Assembly: GCA_017999835.1 (NCBI GenBank)
Contig: JAGNLA010000006.1
Coordinates: forward strand, 1 to 64,000
Length of the DNA stretch: 64,000 nucleotides
From: Caldisericia bacterium
GTDB taxonomy: Bacteria; Caldisericota; Caldisericia; JAAYUI01
Direction: 5' to 3'
The notes beneath the pieces were generated by a model. That model saw only the letters and a program-made list of their open reading frames with translations, was not told the origin of the DNA and made no database searches. A program made the translations under genes and the position numbers. Of the stretch, positions 52,782 through 63,375 are shown one piece after another (the first letter of the stretch is position 1; the number at the start of each line of letters is the position of its first letter).

Positions 52782-53612
52782 TTATTTGATCTTTTGGCAG
52801 CTTGGGCAGAAGTAACAATTCCCGCCAAGCCAGGCGATCCGCTCAATCGGCGTACCGCAGTTTGGGCATGGAGCGCCAAGGTTTTTTGCGTTCATGATGG
52901 CGTTGTAGCCACCAGGATTGCCGAAGATGTCGGTTTCGGTGTCTCTGCCGCCAAGCTCGCACGCGCAGGAGACCACTTTTGCTGTCGCCTTGTGAAGGTT
53001 TGAAATATCCTCGGCACTCATGCTTTTGATTTTTGTTTTTGAGTGGAGCTTGGCTTCAAAAAGGATTTCCTGACACATACCGTTACCGACACCGGAGATT
53101 CCAGGTTCTGAAACCAGAAAGTACTTTATGCTTGGGTTTTTTGGTTCAGCTTCAAACAAGGCTTTAAAATTTTCAAGCGTGAAATCCTTTACCAGCGGAT
53201 CGAGTCGTTTCCTTGAGAGAAAGGCGTTTTTTTCAATCTCTTCTTTTGCGTAAAGTGACACAAAACCCCAGCCTGATATTGAAACCGACAGGAAACGCCC
53301 ATCGTCAAAACCGAGCAGGAGCTGGTGTTTTTTTGGAATTGTGCTTTTATCGTTGTGGAGCAGGATTTTCTCCCCACCTTCACCAAGCACGAATATCAAT
53401 CCATTGTCCAACTGGGTAAATATCAGGCAATGATGGTTGTAAGTTTTTTGGAATGTTGCGCCTGTAAACTGTTTTTCAAACTCCCCGGGCTCGCGGTTGT
53501 ACATGGCAAACTTGTGCGGTGAGTTGCCTCGAGTGCACGAAGCAACTTTCTTTCCTGACAGTTCCTTGTCTATTTGCCTGGCAATCGTGAAAGCCTCGGG
53601 GTATTCGATCAT
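52782..53612 (-). CDS. Fpg/Nei-family DNA glycosylase-like protein
   Basis: N-terminus MIEYPEAF (compare MPELPEV in Fpg). The C-terminal zinc finger CPNCGTPIERIAWLGGNCYFCPSCQ matches the family. Pro2 is replaced by Ile. Confidence 0.7.
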   Translation of the reverse strand: MIEYPEAFTIARQIDKELSGKKVASCTRGNSPHKFAMYNREPGEFEKQFTGATFQKTYNHHCLIFTQLDNGLIFVLGEGGEKILLHNDKSTIPKKHQLLLGFDDGRFLSVSISGWGFVSLYAKEEIEKNAFLSRKRLDPLVKDFTLENFKALFEAEPKNPSIKYFLVSEPGISGVGNGMCQEILFEAKLHSKTKIKSMSAEDISNLHKATAKVVSCACELGGRDTETDIFGNPGGYNAIMNAKNLGAPCPNCGTPIERIAWLGGNCYFCPSCQKIK

Positions 53613-54385
53613 TATTCAGAAATCTCACAGTCAGCGATGCCGGCAGCTGTCGTCAGGAATCCGGCAATCCAGAGTACCTGGATTGGATGGAAAATGGAGA
53701 TGCTTTCTACAAAAGGCATCCAGACGTAGTATTCGTAGACTGCAATGAAAAAACCACCGATGGCAATCATTCTGAACGGTCTGCCCATCCTGCCGGTACT
53801 AAACAGGAACACAAGCCTGATTGTGGCAACAAAAATCAGCAGTATCATTACGTCATAGACTGCGCATGTGATAATCTCTGCAGTAGAAAGTTTTGATGGT
53901 AAGAGCAGGAAAATCAGGATTGTAGCAATAACTAATGCTGCAATTATGGCAAGATACCAGATGAGACCTGATTTGGACATCTTTGCGCCAAGTTTGTTTG
54001 GGAATGTTAGCAATGCCAGTGCGACCAACACTGCACCCAAAGCAAAGAAAACAGATGCTATTGAAAAAGTGCTTGCGTCATTGCCCTGCATTCTCATCAG
54101 AAGTTCAAGCGTTGCTCCAACTGTCAGCAGAAGGCAGCCAAAACTGATAAGGATAACAGGGGTTTTAACTGATTTTAAAATGTTGCCAAAGAAACCATAC
54201 CATGCTCCAACAATAAAGGCCAAGAACGTTGCAAGAACCTTAAGTCCTTCAGCCCAGGGAGCCCAAAGCAAATTTGTGTTCCACGGGGCTTGATAGACGC
54301 CAGGCGGGTTTGGGATCATAAATAAAACTAGGCAAATCAGTGACACAGCAATAATCAATATCGTCGACCATTTCAATCTATCCAT
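53612..54385 (-). CDS. Polytopic membrane protein, hypothetical
   Basis: About 7 TM helices. Its stop overlaps the start of the fpg-like gene (ATGA). Confidence 0.5.
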   Translation of the reverse strand: MDRLKWSTILIIAVSLICLVLFMIPNPPGVYQAPWNTNLLWAPWAEGLKVLATFLAFIVGAWYGFFGNILKSVKTPVILISFGCLLLTVGATLELLMRMQGNDASTFSIASVFFALGAVLVALALLTFPNKLGAKMSKSGLIWYLAIIAALVIATILIFLLLPSKLSTAEIITCAVYDVMILLIFVATIRLVFLFSTGRMGRPFRMIAIGGFFIAVYEYYVWMPFVESISIFHPIQVLWIAGFLTTAAGIADCEISE

Positions 54386-54507
54386 TGTTACCCTCTTTTC
54401 AACTCGATGATAAATATAACAGTGGAATTTAAGAAAATCAATCGTCTGTGAACATTGATTTCGCTTTTTGTGTACTGGATTTGATTTAATATCAGCGTTA
54501 ACAGAAA

Positions 54508-56046
54508 TTAATATTGGCTAATGATTCTTTTAACCGAAAATACATAATCATTTATTTTGAACACAACATACATTTTATCAAGATAAAGTATGGTGCAGTC
54601 AGCATCATTCCAGAAAACAGTCTTCAAGCCAGTGTCATGGTTGATCAGTTCATTTTCGCCGATTTTTGGATTTGAGCAAAGGATGCCGAAAGCTCCAAAC
54701 TTTTCTATGTCCCAACCCTTGCGATTCCATAAGGATTTGCCGTCGAAAAACTGTGTTGAATCCTTAACAAAAATTCCATCCGGGAAGTTTATGTCACCTT
54801 GCCCTTCGAGGGCAAGCTCCTGAGCGGTTTCAGTTGCACCACTTTGCAAGTCTATTATTTGGGAAACTTTGTTTTCAAGTTCAAAATAAATTCTACCGTC
54901 AGAATACTTATGGCAGCTTGCGTTTGATGGGATTGAGGCCTTAACACTCCACTTTGTTTTTCCACTTGCAACCAGTTTTTCACCATCAAGCTTGAGAAAC
55001 CAACCATCGACCGACCATTGCCAGCCAGTCATGGAGTTGGCAGGTTTCATATCCATGGTGAAGGCTTTTTTGCCGGTTACGAGAAAGTCACCGGATTTAG
55101 TGATTGGTTTGTTTGTTGAGATCGAGGTTTTCTTATTTGTTCCGTCAAAATCCGCAATGTTGATGAAACCTTGGCTGTCAACCCAGTAGACTTTTTTGTT
55201 TGATGTGAAAGCTCTAAGGCTAGAGTTGATGTCTGGCGCATTAGCCGATATTTCGTTGTTACCGTCTTTGAAATACAGCTTTGTATTATCAGCAACAATG
55301 CTGGTTTTACCATCGAAATCTATAAAGTTACCTTTGTGGAACCATATAGAATTGCCAACTGCTTGCGCAACTGTGTGGATGGTGTTTGCCCCCTTTGAAA
55401 CTGTTTGTGTCCCCAAAAAAATGTGAATCAGACCGCTTGATTGCATCTGGCTAACGTAGGCGCCATCAATTCTTGCTTCAGCCTTGCCCTGCTTAAGTTT
55501 GATGCTCATCGGGAGTCTGCCTGTCGCCAATTCTTCACCATTTTGAACAATAGTTACCGGCAAGCCTCTTGGACCGTCGATGAAAGTGTCGTTCTCCAAA
55601 CTAATGTTGTTGATCTTGCCTGGCTCGATTGCCACCGGCATTGGGTCTGTGCCTGGTTTTGCCACGCTCCAGGACTTGTGGGGTTCGATTTTGGTGATAA
55701 AAACACCTGGCAAACTACCCCTAATGCCAGATGGGTCTGACAGTTTGTAGCCCTGACCATCGATGAACACAACTGTGAATGTTTCGTCTTTTTCCGGCAG
55801 GATGAGTTTCCCGTTGGCGTCTATCTTTAAAACCAGAGCGCAGACCTGCTCTGACTTGTCCTTGATGGTGACATCGTAGATTGCTTCAAAACTGTCGCTT
55901 TTTATTTTGCTGGCTTTGACAAAACCCGGAATGGAATTGAATTCCTCAGGTATGCTTCTGGATCCTGTAAAGATGATGATTGCAACAACTGAAACAACAA
56001 CGGCGATGGAAGCGATGAGCCAAATGAGCCTTGTCTTTTTTGTCAT
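54508..56046 (-). CDS. Membrane-anchored hypothetical protein (512 aa)
   Basis: N-terminal signal anchor and a beta-rich ectodomain. Confidence 0.5.
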   Translation of the reverse strand: MTKKTRLIWLIASIAVVVSVVAIIIFTGSRSIPEEFNSIPGFVKASKIKSDSFEAIYDVTIKDKSEQVCALVLKIDANGKLILPEKDETFTVVFIDGQGYKLSDPSGIRGSLPGVFITKIEPHKSWSVAKPGTDPMPVAIEPGKINNISLENDTFIDGPRGLPVTIVQNGEELATGRLPMSIKLKQGKAEARIDGAYVSQMQSSGLIHIFLGTQTVSKGANTIHTVAQAVGNSIWFHKGNFIDFDGKTSIVADNTKLYFKDGNNEISANAPDINSSLRAFTSNKKVYWVDSQGFINIADFDGTNKKTSISTNKPITKSGDFLVTGKKAFTMDMKPANSMTGWQWSVDGWFLKLDGEKLVASGKTKWSVKASIPSNASCHKYSDGRIYFELENKVSQIIDLQSGATETAQELALEGQGDINFPDGIFVKDSTQFFDGKSLWNRKGWDIEKFGAFGILCSNPKIGENELINHDTGLKTVFWNDADCTILYLDKMYVVFKINDYVFSVKRIISQY

Positions 56047-56097
56047 GTGGAAATTATATACTTTTCAACAACCGATTAAACTGCTATATTTTAACCC

Positions 56098-56922
56098 ATG
56101 CCAGAATTAGGTCAGATGATAGGTCAGGGAACATCGGGACAGGTTTATCGCTACGGTGAGGACACAGTGCTAAAGCTTTTCTATCCTGAGATTCCGCCGG
56201 AAAACATTGGCTTTGAAGCCAGAATCACCAGCTATGTCAATCAAGCCGGACTCCCTGCAGCCAAGGTTTATGACATCATCGAACATCAGGGGCGAACAGG
56301 CATTGTCTACCAGAATCTTGAGGGCAAGGCGCTTCTTAGAATTCTTGGTCATCAGGTGCATAGAATGTTTTATTGGTCAAAGGTGCTGGCAAAGCTTCAT
56401 ATCCAGATGCACAGATGCCCACCGCCAAAAGACCTTGGTCACCAGAAACCGCTGTTTGCTGACTGGATAGTGGCTGCAAGCGGACTTGACACAAAAACAA
56501 AAGACAAGGTCTTAAAATATCTGGACTTAATGCCATCCGGAACCCAGCTGTGCCACAACGATCTTCAGCCTGACAATATCGTGTTGACCCCTGCCGGGCT
56601 GGTGGTAATAGATTGGACGTACACCCGTGTTGGTGATGCTTTGGCCGACGCAGCCTACACCATGCTCATGCTCCAGATAGGCGAATTACCGGAGGGAACT
56701 GGCGGTCAAAATGGTATTGCCCTGGGACGTATGCTGTTTTCTAGATTGTATGCCAGGGATTATTTGAGAGAGTCTGGAACAGGAACGTTGCCGGAAATGC
56801 TCAAGTGGAGAATGCCACTTGCAGCCGCAAGGCTCATCTATAAATTCCCGAAAGAGAAGCAACCCTGCATAAACATTGTTCATAGTGAGATAAAGAAGAT
56901 GGAGAAGCGGGGAGTTATCTAG
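56098..56922 (+). CDS. Aminoglycoside-phosphotransferase-like small-molecule kinase
   Basis: Brenner motif LCHNDLQPDNIV and IDWTYTRVGD (metal-binding Asp); 274 aa. Confidence 0.7.
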   Translation: MPELGQMIGQGTSGQVYRYGEDTVLKLFYPEIPPENIGFEARITSYVNQAGLPAAKVYDIIEHQGRTGIVYQNLEGKALLRILGHQVHRMFYWSKVLAKLHIQMHRCPPPKDLGHQKPLFADWIVAASGLDTKTKDKVLKYLDLMPSGTQLCHNDLQPDNIVLTPAGLVVIDWTYTRVGDALADAAYTMLMLQIGELPEGTGGQNGIALGRMLFSRLYARDYLRESGTGTLPEMLKWRMPLAAARLIYKFPKEKQPCINIVHSEIKKMEKRGVI

Positions 56923-56943
56923 TTTCTACTTTTTAAAAAAACA

Positions 56944-56976
56944 AAAACCGCAGCCTTCAAAAGCTGCGGTTTTTGT
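56944..56976. terminator. Bidirectional rho-independent terminator
   Basis: AAAAACCGCAGCcttcaaaaGCTGCGGTTTTTG between convergent genes. Confidence 0.8.
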
Positions 56977-56990
56977 TTTCTATGAGAAAA

Positions 56991-58216
56991 TCAGATGTAG
57001 GCTACTTCGCCGTGTTCTGAGTCGTCGAGACCAATGTCCTGTTCGTTTTCGTTTGTCCTGACCCTTGTGAATTTGTTAATAACCCACAGACAGGCATAGG
57101 TGAAGATGAATGACCAGACGAGAGCGATCATCACTGAGCCAATCATCTTTCCAAGGAAGATCATCGATCCGCCGAATAACAAACCGGTTTGTTCCGCTGT
57201 AACGATTGGGTTTGCAAGTGGGGTTGCAAACAAAGCTGTCATGATGACGCCTGTGAAACCACCCATGCCATGAACTCCCCATACGTCGAGAGCGTCGTCC
57301 CAACCAAGCTTGTTCTTGAGGTTGACGCAAAGGTAACAGACGATTGATGCTACAGCGCCGATAATGACCGATGCCCATAAAGGCACGTAACCAGCCGCAG
57401 GCGTGATGGCAACCAAACCGGCCACAGCGCCTGTGAGCAAGCCAACGAATTTCGGCTTCTTCTCAAAGATCCACGCTATGATGAGCCAGACAACGGCAGC
57501 AACAGATGCTGCAATGTCGGTGTTGAGGAATGCAAGGCCAGTGATAGAGTTGACTGCGAGTTCCGAGCCAGCATTGAAACCATACCAGCCAAACCAGAGG
57601 AGTCCTGTTCCGAGGGCAACAAGAGGGATGCTGTGTGGTTTGTGGTCAATCTTTTTGCGTTTACCAACAAAGAATACGGATGCAAGAGCACCAAAGCCGG
57701 CTGTTGCGTGGACAACTGTTCCACCTGCAAAGTCGAGAACGCCCCACTGTGAGAACAATCCGCCGCCCCAAACCATGTGGCAAATTGGGAAATAAACAAA
57801 GAACAGCCAGAAGGTGAGGAATGTAAGGTACGGGCCAAATCTGATTCTGTTGGCAAAAGCTCCAGTGATCAGTGCCGGTGTGATGATGGCAAACATCATC
57901 TGGTAGGCAACGAAAATAATCAGTGGAAGCTGTGGATTTGCCGGTGTGGCTGCCGTCAGTGTGATTCCGTTGAAGAACGACATCCTCAGATTCCGCCGAT
58001 GTCACCTGAGAAACAAAGTGAGTAACCGACAAGGAACCAGATGAGTGTAGTCCAGCCCATCGAAATGAAGCTCTGTGTCATGATGGCAAGAACGTTCTTT
58101 CTGCTGACTAGTCCACCGTAGAAAAAGGCCAGTCCTGGTGTCATGAGCATTACCAGACTGGTGCAGATGAGCATGAATGCAATTGTACCAGTATCAAAAC
58201 CTGCTGCTATTGGCAT
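56991..58216 (-). pseudogene. amt: Ammonium transporter Amt, interrupted by a frameshift near codon 76
   Basis: The 76-aa ORF (…TPGLAFFYGGLVS…) is the Amt N-terminus and ends at a TGA at 57986. The 330-aa ORF (MSFFNG…MFAIITPALITGAFANRIRF…) continues the same protein in another frame from 57983. Confidence 0.8.
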
Positions 58217-58356
58217 TTGTCAAAAATCTCCTTCGTTTGGATTTGAAATATTAGTTGCATTTTAGTCCAAAAAGTTACAAACGCAAATTTTTAGCTATTA
58301 CTAATTTTTGTATCAGTAATTATTAGCAAATAAACGTTTGTTTGTTGACTATAATA

Positions 58357-60990
58357 TCAATCCAGCCCGAATTTCCTGACAAACCAGGTTTTGACCACCT
58401 GGGTCAAAAGCACATAGAGTATCATCATGCCAAGAACTAGAGGCCAGTACAGCCACGGCAGGGCGGTAAATCCAAGCGGAGCTGCAAGAGGCGTAAACGG
58501 AAGAATGACGCCAAACATTACGACTATTACTGACGTCAGTGAGAGTTGGAGGCTTGCAACTGACTGGACAAAAGGCATTTTGTTCGTCCTGATGACGTGG
58601 ATGATCATCGTCTGGGTCAGGAGCGATTCGACAAACCAGCCTGTGTGGAACAGCACCGGATTATTCCAGCAACCGAACACGTAGAGCATTATAAAGAAGG
58701 TCATGTAGTCAAAAATCGAGCTGATTGGACCGATATAAACAATAAATCTCCTGATGTTTGTCACCGACCATTTCCTTGGTTTGGTAAGCCATTCTTCATC
58801 GACGTTGTCGCTGGGGATGCCTGTCTGCGAAAAGTCGTAGAGCAGGTTGTTGACAAGCACCTGAATCGGGAGCATTGGTAAGAACGGCAGAAAAGCGCTA
58901 GCGCCAAGGACAGAGAACATATTGCCAAAATTGCTTGATGCTGCCATCTTGATATATTTTATGATGTTGCCAAAAACCTTGCGCCCTTCAACGACACCTC
59001 TGGCAAGAACCAGAAGTGAGTTTTCAAGCAGGATTATGTCGCTGGATTCCTTGGCGATGTCGACGGCAGTGTCTACTGAGATACCGACGTCAGCACGTTT
59101 GAGAGCTGCTGCGTCGTTGATGCCGTCACCCATGAACCCGACAACATGCCCTCTGGCTTGTAGCGCTTTGATTATTCTTTCTTTATGTGCTGGCGCAAGC
59201 TTGGCAAAAATTGTGACATTCTGAGCCTTTTCGGCCAGTTCGATATCGTCGATGTTTTCAAGCTCACCACCAAGTATGATGTTGTCAGTTGCAAGACCAA
59301 CTTCTTTGCAGACTTTCCTGGCTACGATCTCGTTGTCGCCTGTTAAAATCTTGACCGACACTTCCATGCGGATGAGGTCGGAGATGGCTTCAGAAGCGGT
59401 TTCTTTTGGTGGGTCAAGGAACGCCAGAAACCCAAGCAGCACAAGCTGGCTTTCATCGCTGACAGAATAAGCCTTCTTGTTGTCATCAAAACGTCGGTAC
59501 GCAATGGCAAGAACCCTGAAACCGTCTTCATTCATTGAGGTGACAAGCTCTCGTGCTGAGGCAAAATGCTCATCATCGAGTTGGTCAACCGTGCCTTGTT
59601 CGTCAATATGCGTGCAAACGGCAAGCGTCTCTTCGACTGCGCCTTTGCAAATTAGCATGTGGCCGCAGTCTTTTTCAGACACTACAACGCTCATTCTGCG
59701 TCTGACAAAATCGAACGGTATCTCGTCGACCTTTGTGAAATATTCGCGAACGTGAATGTCCTCTTCAACCTCTTTGTGTTCAAGAATCGCAAAATCGAGC
59801 ATGTTTCGCAGTCCGGTTTGGTAGTAGGAGTTGAGGTAACCGAAGTTGAGCACCTCTTCAGAATCTTCGCCGTAGACGTCGAGATGCTGCTCTAAAACTA
59901 CTTTTCCCTGGGTGATGGTGCCTGTTTTATCAGTACAAAGGATGTCCATGGCTCCAAAGTTTTGGATGGAGCTTAGGTTTTTGACAATGACCTTTTGCCT
60001 TGAAAGGGTTATGGCGCCTTTGGAAAGGTTGACTGTGACTATCATTGGGAGCATTTCAGGTGTAAGTCCGACGGCAACCGAGAGGGCAAACAGCATTGCT
60101 TCAAGGAAATTCCCTTTTGTAAGCCAGTTGATGCCAAACACAAGCGGGACAAGAACTGCCATGAAACCCATCATCAGATAGGTGACCTGGTTGATGCCCT
60201 TGTCAAAGCTGGTGACAACGTTTTGCCTGGTGACACTCTGGGAAAGCGAGCCAAAGAATGTGTCCTTACCTGTCAAGATTATGACTGCCATACCTGTGCC
60301 GGAGACTACGTTTGTGCCAAGGAAGCAGATATTGTTGAGTTCAAGAGGGTTTGTGCCTGGATTGTCAATTCTAGCTGCGAATTTTTCAACAGGCAGAGCC
60401 TCGCCGGTTAACGCCGTCTGGTTGAGGAACAGGTCTTTTGCCTGAACAATCCTGACATCACCAGGGACAACGTCGCCAGCAGAAAGTTTGATAAGATCGC
60501 CAGGGACAAGATCCTCAAGCGGGAGCTCGATTTGTTCGCCTTCGCGGAAAACTGTTGCTGTAGTTGAAACCATGGCTCGCAGTTTTTCGGCCGCGTTGTC
60601 CGCTTTCAACTCCTGAACGTACTTGATGACCACGCCAAGAAACACCATGGTGAGCATGATGGTGGCAGCCTTGTAGTCTGGCTCTGGCATGGCAAGCGAC
60701 ACGGTTGCAAGACCGATAAGCAATATTACAAGAGGGTTGCCGAATGTTTTGATGAGCTTGACTATCGGATGCTCTTTTTTGACCGAAACAGAAATGTTTC
60801 TGCCAAACTTCTTCTGTCGGAAGTCTGCTTCGAAGTTGTGGAGTCCTGCTGTGGACAGTTCATATGATTCGAAAATCGAGTCAATATCAGCGCATGCCGC
60901 TTCTGTCAAATATTTAGAAAGATGCGACTGTGTGCCTCTGCCAACATCAGACCTTGTCCTGACGCTGGGCATCTTGAGCCTGTATGCCAT
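58357..60990 (-). CDS. mgtA: Mg2+-importing P-type ATPase (MgtA-like)
   Basis: DKTGTIT phosphorylation site, TGDN and GDGINDAAALK motifs, an N-terminal cation-ATPase domain, 10 TM helices, and a length of 877 aa as in MgtA/MgtB. Confidence 0.75.
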   Translation of the reverse strand: MAYRLKMPSVRTRSDVGRGTQSHLSKYLTEAACADIDSIFESYELSTAGLHNFEADFRQKKFGRNISVSVKKEHPIVKLIKTFGNPLVILLIGLATVSLAMPEPDYKAATIMLTMVFLGVVIKYVQELKADNAAEKLRAMVSTTATVFREGEQIELPLEDLVPGDLIKLSAGDVVPGDVRIVQAKDLFLNQTALTGEALPVEKFAARIDNPGTNPLELNNICFLGTNVVSGTGMAVIILTGKDTFFGSLSQSVTRQNVVTSFDKGINQVTYLMMGFMAVLVPLVFGINWLTKGNFLEAMLFALSVAVGLTPEMLPMIVTVNLSKGAITLSRQKVIVKNLSSIQNFGAMDILCTDKTGTITQGKVVLEQHLDVYGEDSEEVLNFGYLNSYYQTGLRNMLDFAILEHKEVEEDIHVREYFTKVDEIPFDFVRRRMSVVVSEKDCGHMLICKGAVEETLAVCTHIDEQGTVDQLDDEHFASARELVTSMNEDGFRVLAIAYRRFDDNKKAYSVSDESQLVLLGFLAFLDPPKETASEAISDLIRMEVSVKILTGDNEIVARKVCKEVGLATDNIILGGELENIDDIELAEKAQNVTIFAKLAPAHKERIIKALQARGHVVGFMGDGINDAAALKRADVGISVDTAVDIAKESSDIILLENSLLVLARGVVEGRKVFGNIIKYIKMAASSNFGNMFSVLGASAFLPFLPMLPIQVLVNNLLYDFSQTGIPSDNVDEEWLTKPRKWSVTNIRRFIVYIGPISSIFDYMTFFIMLYVFGCWNNPVLFHTGWFVESLLTQTMIIHVIRTNKMPFVQSVASLQLSLTSVIVVMFGVILPFTPLAAPLGFTALPWLYWPLVLGMMILYVLLTQVVKTWFVRKFGLD

Positions 60991-61055
60991 GCTACACCTC
61001 CGCTGTCAGCGATTGACAGCTGATTTCACCAAAGGAAATTTACCGAGAAAAAAGT

Positions 61056-61553
61056 CTAGTTTTCCAGCGGTTTTGTGAAAATGGATTCAACAACCTGTGG
61101 AATCATCGACGGCATCTGCGATGGGTCGATAAAATGGGCGTTGGCGCTTTCCAAATTCACTTCCTGGTCTCCAACGAAAATCACCGGGATGTTTTTCGTG
61201 GAGCTGATGTAGCGGAGAGCCTGGTAAACCGCAAGCCCCTGGGATGGATTAATCGACATGTCGATAATCACCATATCAGGTGCAAATGTGCGGATAGACC
61301 TGTAGGCTTCAGATGGGTTTCGCGATTCCAGCCTGACGGAAAACCCGAGTGTCTGAAGGTCACGGGCAAGCTTTGCGCCTGTCCTGGCGTCCCAATGGAT
61401 GAGAACGACGCTGCGTTTTCCATTGAGAGAAGCCTGGTGTTTTTTTCCAAAGAATGGAAAAACTGATGACCTTGGCGGTTGAGTGTTGCCCAGGACTGAT
61501 ATCCTCTGAGCAAGCAGATTTGGCTGGTTGAGGGTTGATTTGTTTTTGAACAT
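61056..61553 (-). CDS. Single-domain response regulator (REC)
   Basis: Receiver fold (SVVLIHWDARTGAKLA...DMVIIDMSINPSQGL...) with a ~45-aa N-terminal extension. It is directly upstream of mgtA. Confidence 0.6.
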   Translation of the reverse strand: MFKNKSTLNQPNLLAQRISVLGNTQPPRSSVFPFFGKKHQASLNGKRSVVLIHWDARTGAKLARDLQTLGFSVRLESRNPSEAYRSIRTFAPDMVIIDMSINPSQGLAVYQALRYISSTKNIPVIFVGDQEVNLESANAHFIDPSQMPSMIPQVVESIFTKPLEN

Positions 61554-61845
61554 GTTTCACCTCCTGTTGTGGCCACAGACCTCGCAGGATGTGAAAACTA
61601 TGTCACATCAGACGAGACCTATGGTCGGTACTTGGCAATGGTTTGCTTTCTTTACTGTCGTAACCGTCCATATTTTTAAAGTCTCCTTCTGCCCATTTGG
61701 GCGCTACTATAGTATTGCTGTCAACCAATATGTCAACCCCTTATCGGATTAGTTTTATCATCAGTTGTTAATAATGACAAACCTTTTCCAATTCTATATA
61801 AAATCAAGTTCGTCCCCTGGCTTTTGAGAGTACCTCTTAACTTAT

Positions 61846-62715
61846 TTGAAGTTTTTGGGTGTCTGTTATGAGTATAGAATGTTTTCCCGAAATACTATTT
61901 ATGTAGGAGATGAAATGAAGTACTTCAAGTACGTTGCTGTCGTCGTTGTCTATGTCGCTCTAATGCTATGCACAATCCTTGTTCCACAGATGAAATCCCC
62001 AACGCTTGCAAGTGAAATTATCTATGATGTTGCCATGATTGGTGTAGCGGTTGCCATAGGCATCACCATGTCCAAGTTTGAACCAAATTCAAACAATCGT
62101 GTTTTCTGGAGAGATATTTTTGTTGCTATCGTCATTTTTGTTGGACTGAGACTTGGGAAAGTTTATGTTGCCGGTTTATTGTTTGGAGTTAATCAAGCCT
62201 ACCTTCAGCTTTTCAACCTTGGCTACCTGGTCTCAGGAGTTATTCTTTGTGTTGCGCTGTACAAGTCGATACGACTCTACACACTCAAGCTCAAACCGAT
62301 CCACGTTGTTGCCATTGTTGTTTCAGGTCTTGCCGCGCTTGGCTCAATGTCTGCACTTCTCCTTTCAGGAATGCTTGGCAACAATGAAGCGTCAATTGTG
62401 ACAGTTATTTCTTCGTCAGCGCTGTCGCTTGTCAGTGTCATCATGATAATTTTGTCAGTCATGCTCATTATCAAGACAATGGGTGGAATGATTCAGAATG
62501 TCTTGATAATGATCGCTGTTGGATTTGTTTTTCTTATTGCACACCAGACATTTTACATCCTGGATAAACTTCATGGACTTGCCAACGCCACCATCACACC
62601 AACGACAGCCATCCCCTACTACCTATTCTGTATCTGCTGCATTATCAGCTGCCTGATGAGAATCGACATTGCCAACAAGGAAAACGAAGCTGTAAAAGCA
62701 ATTCTCGAAGCTTAA
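61846..62715 (+). CDS. Polytopic membrane protein, hypothetical
   Basis: About 8 TM helices. The likely start is the Met at MKYFKYVAV. Confidence 0.5.
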   Translation: MKFLGVCYEYRMFSRNTIYVGDEMKYFKYVAVVVVYVALMLCTILVPQMKSPTLASEIIYDVAMIGVAVAIGITMSKFEPNSNNRVFWRDIFVAIVIFVGLRLGKVYVAGLLFGVNQAYLQLFNLGYLVSGVILCVALYKSIRLYTLKLKPIHVVAIVVSGLAALGSMSALLLSGMLGNNEASIVTVISSSALSLVSVIMIILSVMLIIKTMGGMIQNVLIMIAVGFVFLIAHQTFYILDKLHGLANATITPTTAIPYYLFCICCIISCLMRIDIANKENEAVKAILEA

Positions 62716-63285
62716 TCATCTCAGGATCATCTTGATGAACTGGCACTCGTCGACGCACAAGCCACAGCCGTAGCAGCGTTCCTTGTCAACGACGAGTTGT
62801 CCGTCCACCATTTTTCGGGCTTTGAAGTAGCATATATCGACACATCCTCCGCAATGGACGCATTCCACTGATGTTTCCTCTACCATTGTACCCTTGTCGC
62901 AAGGTTCGTTTTCGTCTTGAAAGTATCCGCAGCAATCGTCGCAGCAAAAGCAGATGCCCTCGTCCTTCGATTTGGTTTCATAATCTCTGAAAGGTCTTGC
63001 CACAAGCTTGCTTTTCTTGGCCATCTCAAAAAGCTCGTTTAGGCTCTTGCTGTCCAGAACTCTTCTACCTTCGCCTGTGGAACCGTAACCATCTTCAGAA
63101 AACGTCAGGCAAACGTCAACTGGCGACCTCTTGCAACCTTCAGGGTTGCCTTTCCTGCAACCACAGTCTGTAACGCTCCACTTGCCAAACTTGTGGGCAA
63201 GTTCCCTGGCTTGCTGGTGTGTTGTAACATAGTGCATGTTTCTTTCTTCTGTCATGTTGCACTCCTTTTGCATTATTCTATCCAA
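62716..63285 (-). CDS. Cys-rich 4Fe-4S ferredoxin-type domain protein
   Basis: Two Cx2Cx2Cx3C-like motifs (CVHCGGCVDIC, CYGCGLCVDEC) plus additional CC/CxC clusters. Confidence 0.6.
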   Translation of the reverse strand: MDRIMQKECNMTEERNMHYVTTHQQARELAHKFGKWSVTDCGCRKGNPEGCKRSPVDVCLTFSEDGYGSTGEGRRVLDSKSLNELFEMAKKSKLVARPFRDYETKSKDEGICFCCDDCCGYFQDENEPCDKGTMVEETSVECVHCGGCVDICYFKARKMVDGQLVVDKERCYGCGLCVDECQFIKMILR

Positions 63286-63375
63286 TTTCCTTTTCTAATT
63301 CCAGTTTCCGTTGCATGAATCCAGATAATTTGGTAAAATTGCAGATGAAGCTAGAATCGCTTTGGAGGCGAGAGT

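Noticed and set aside
60990-61056. M-box (Mg2+) riboswitch upstream of mgtA
   Set aside because: The gap is only ~65 nt, which is too short for the ~160-nt M-box aptamer. It holds only a small inverted repeat.
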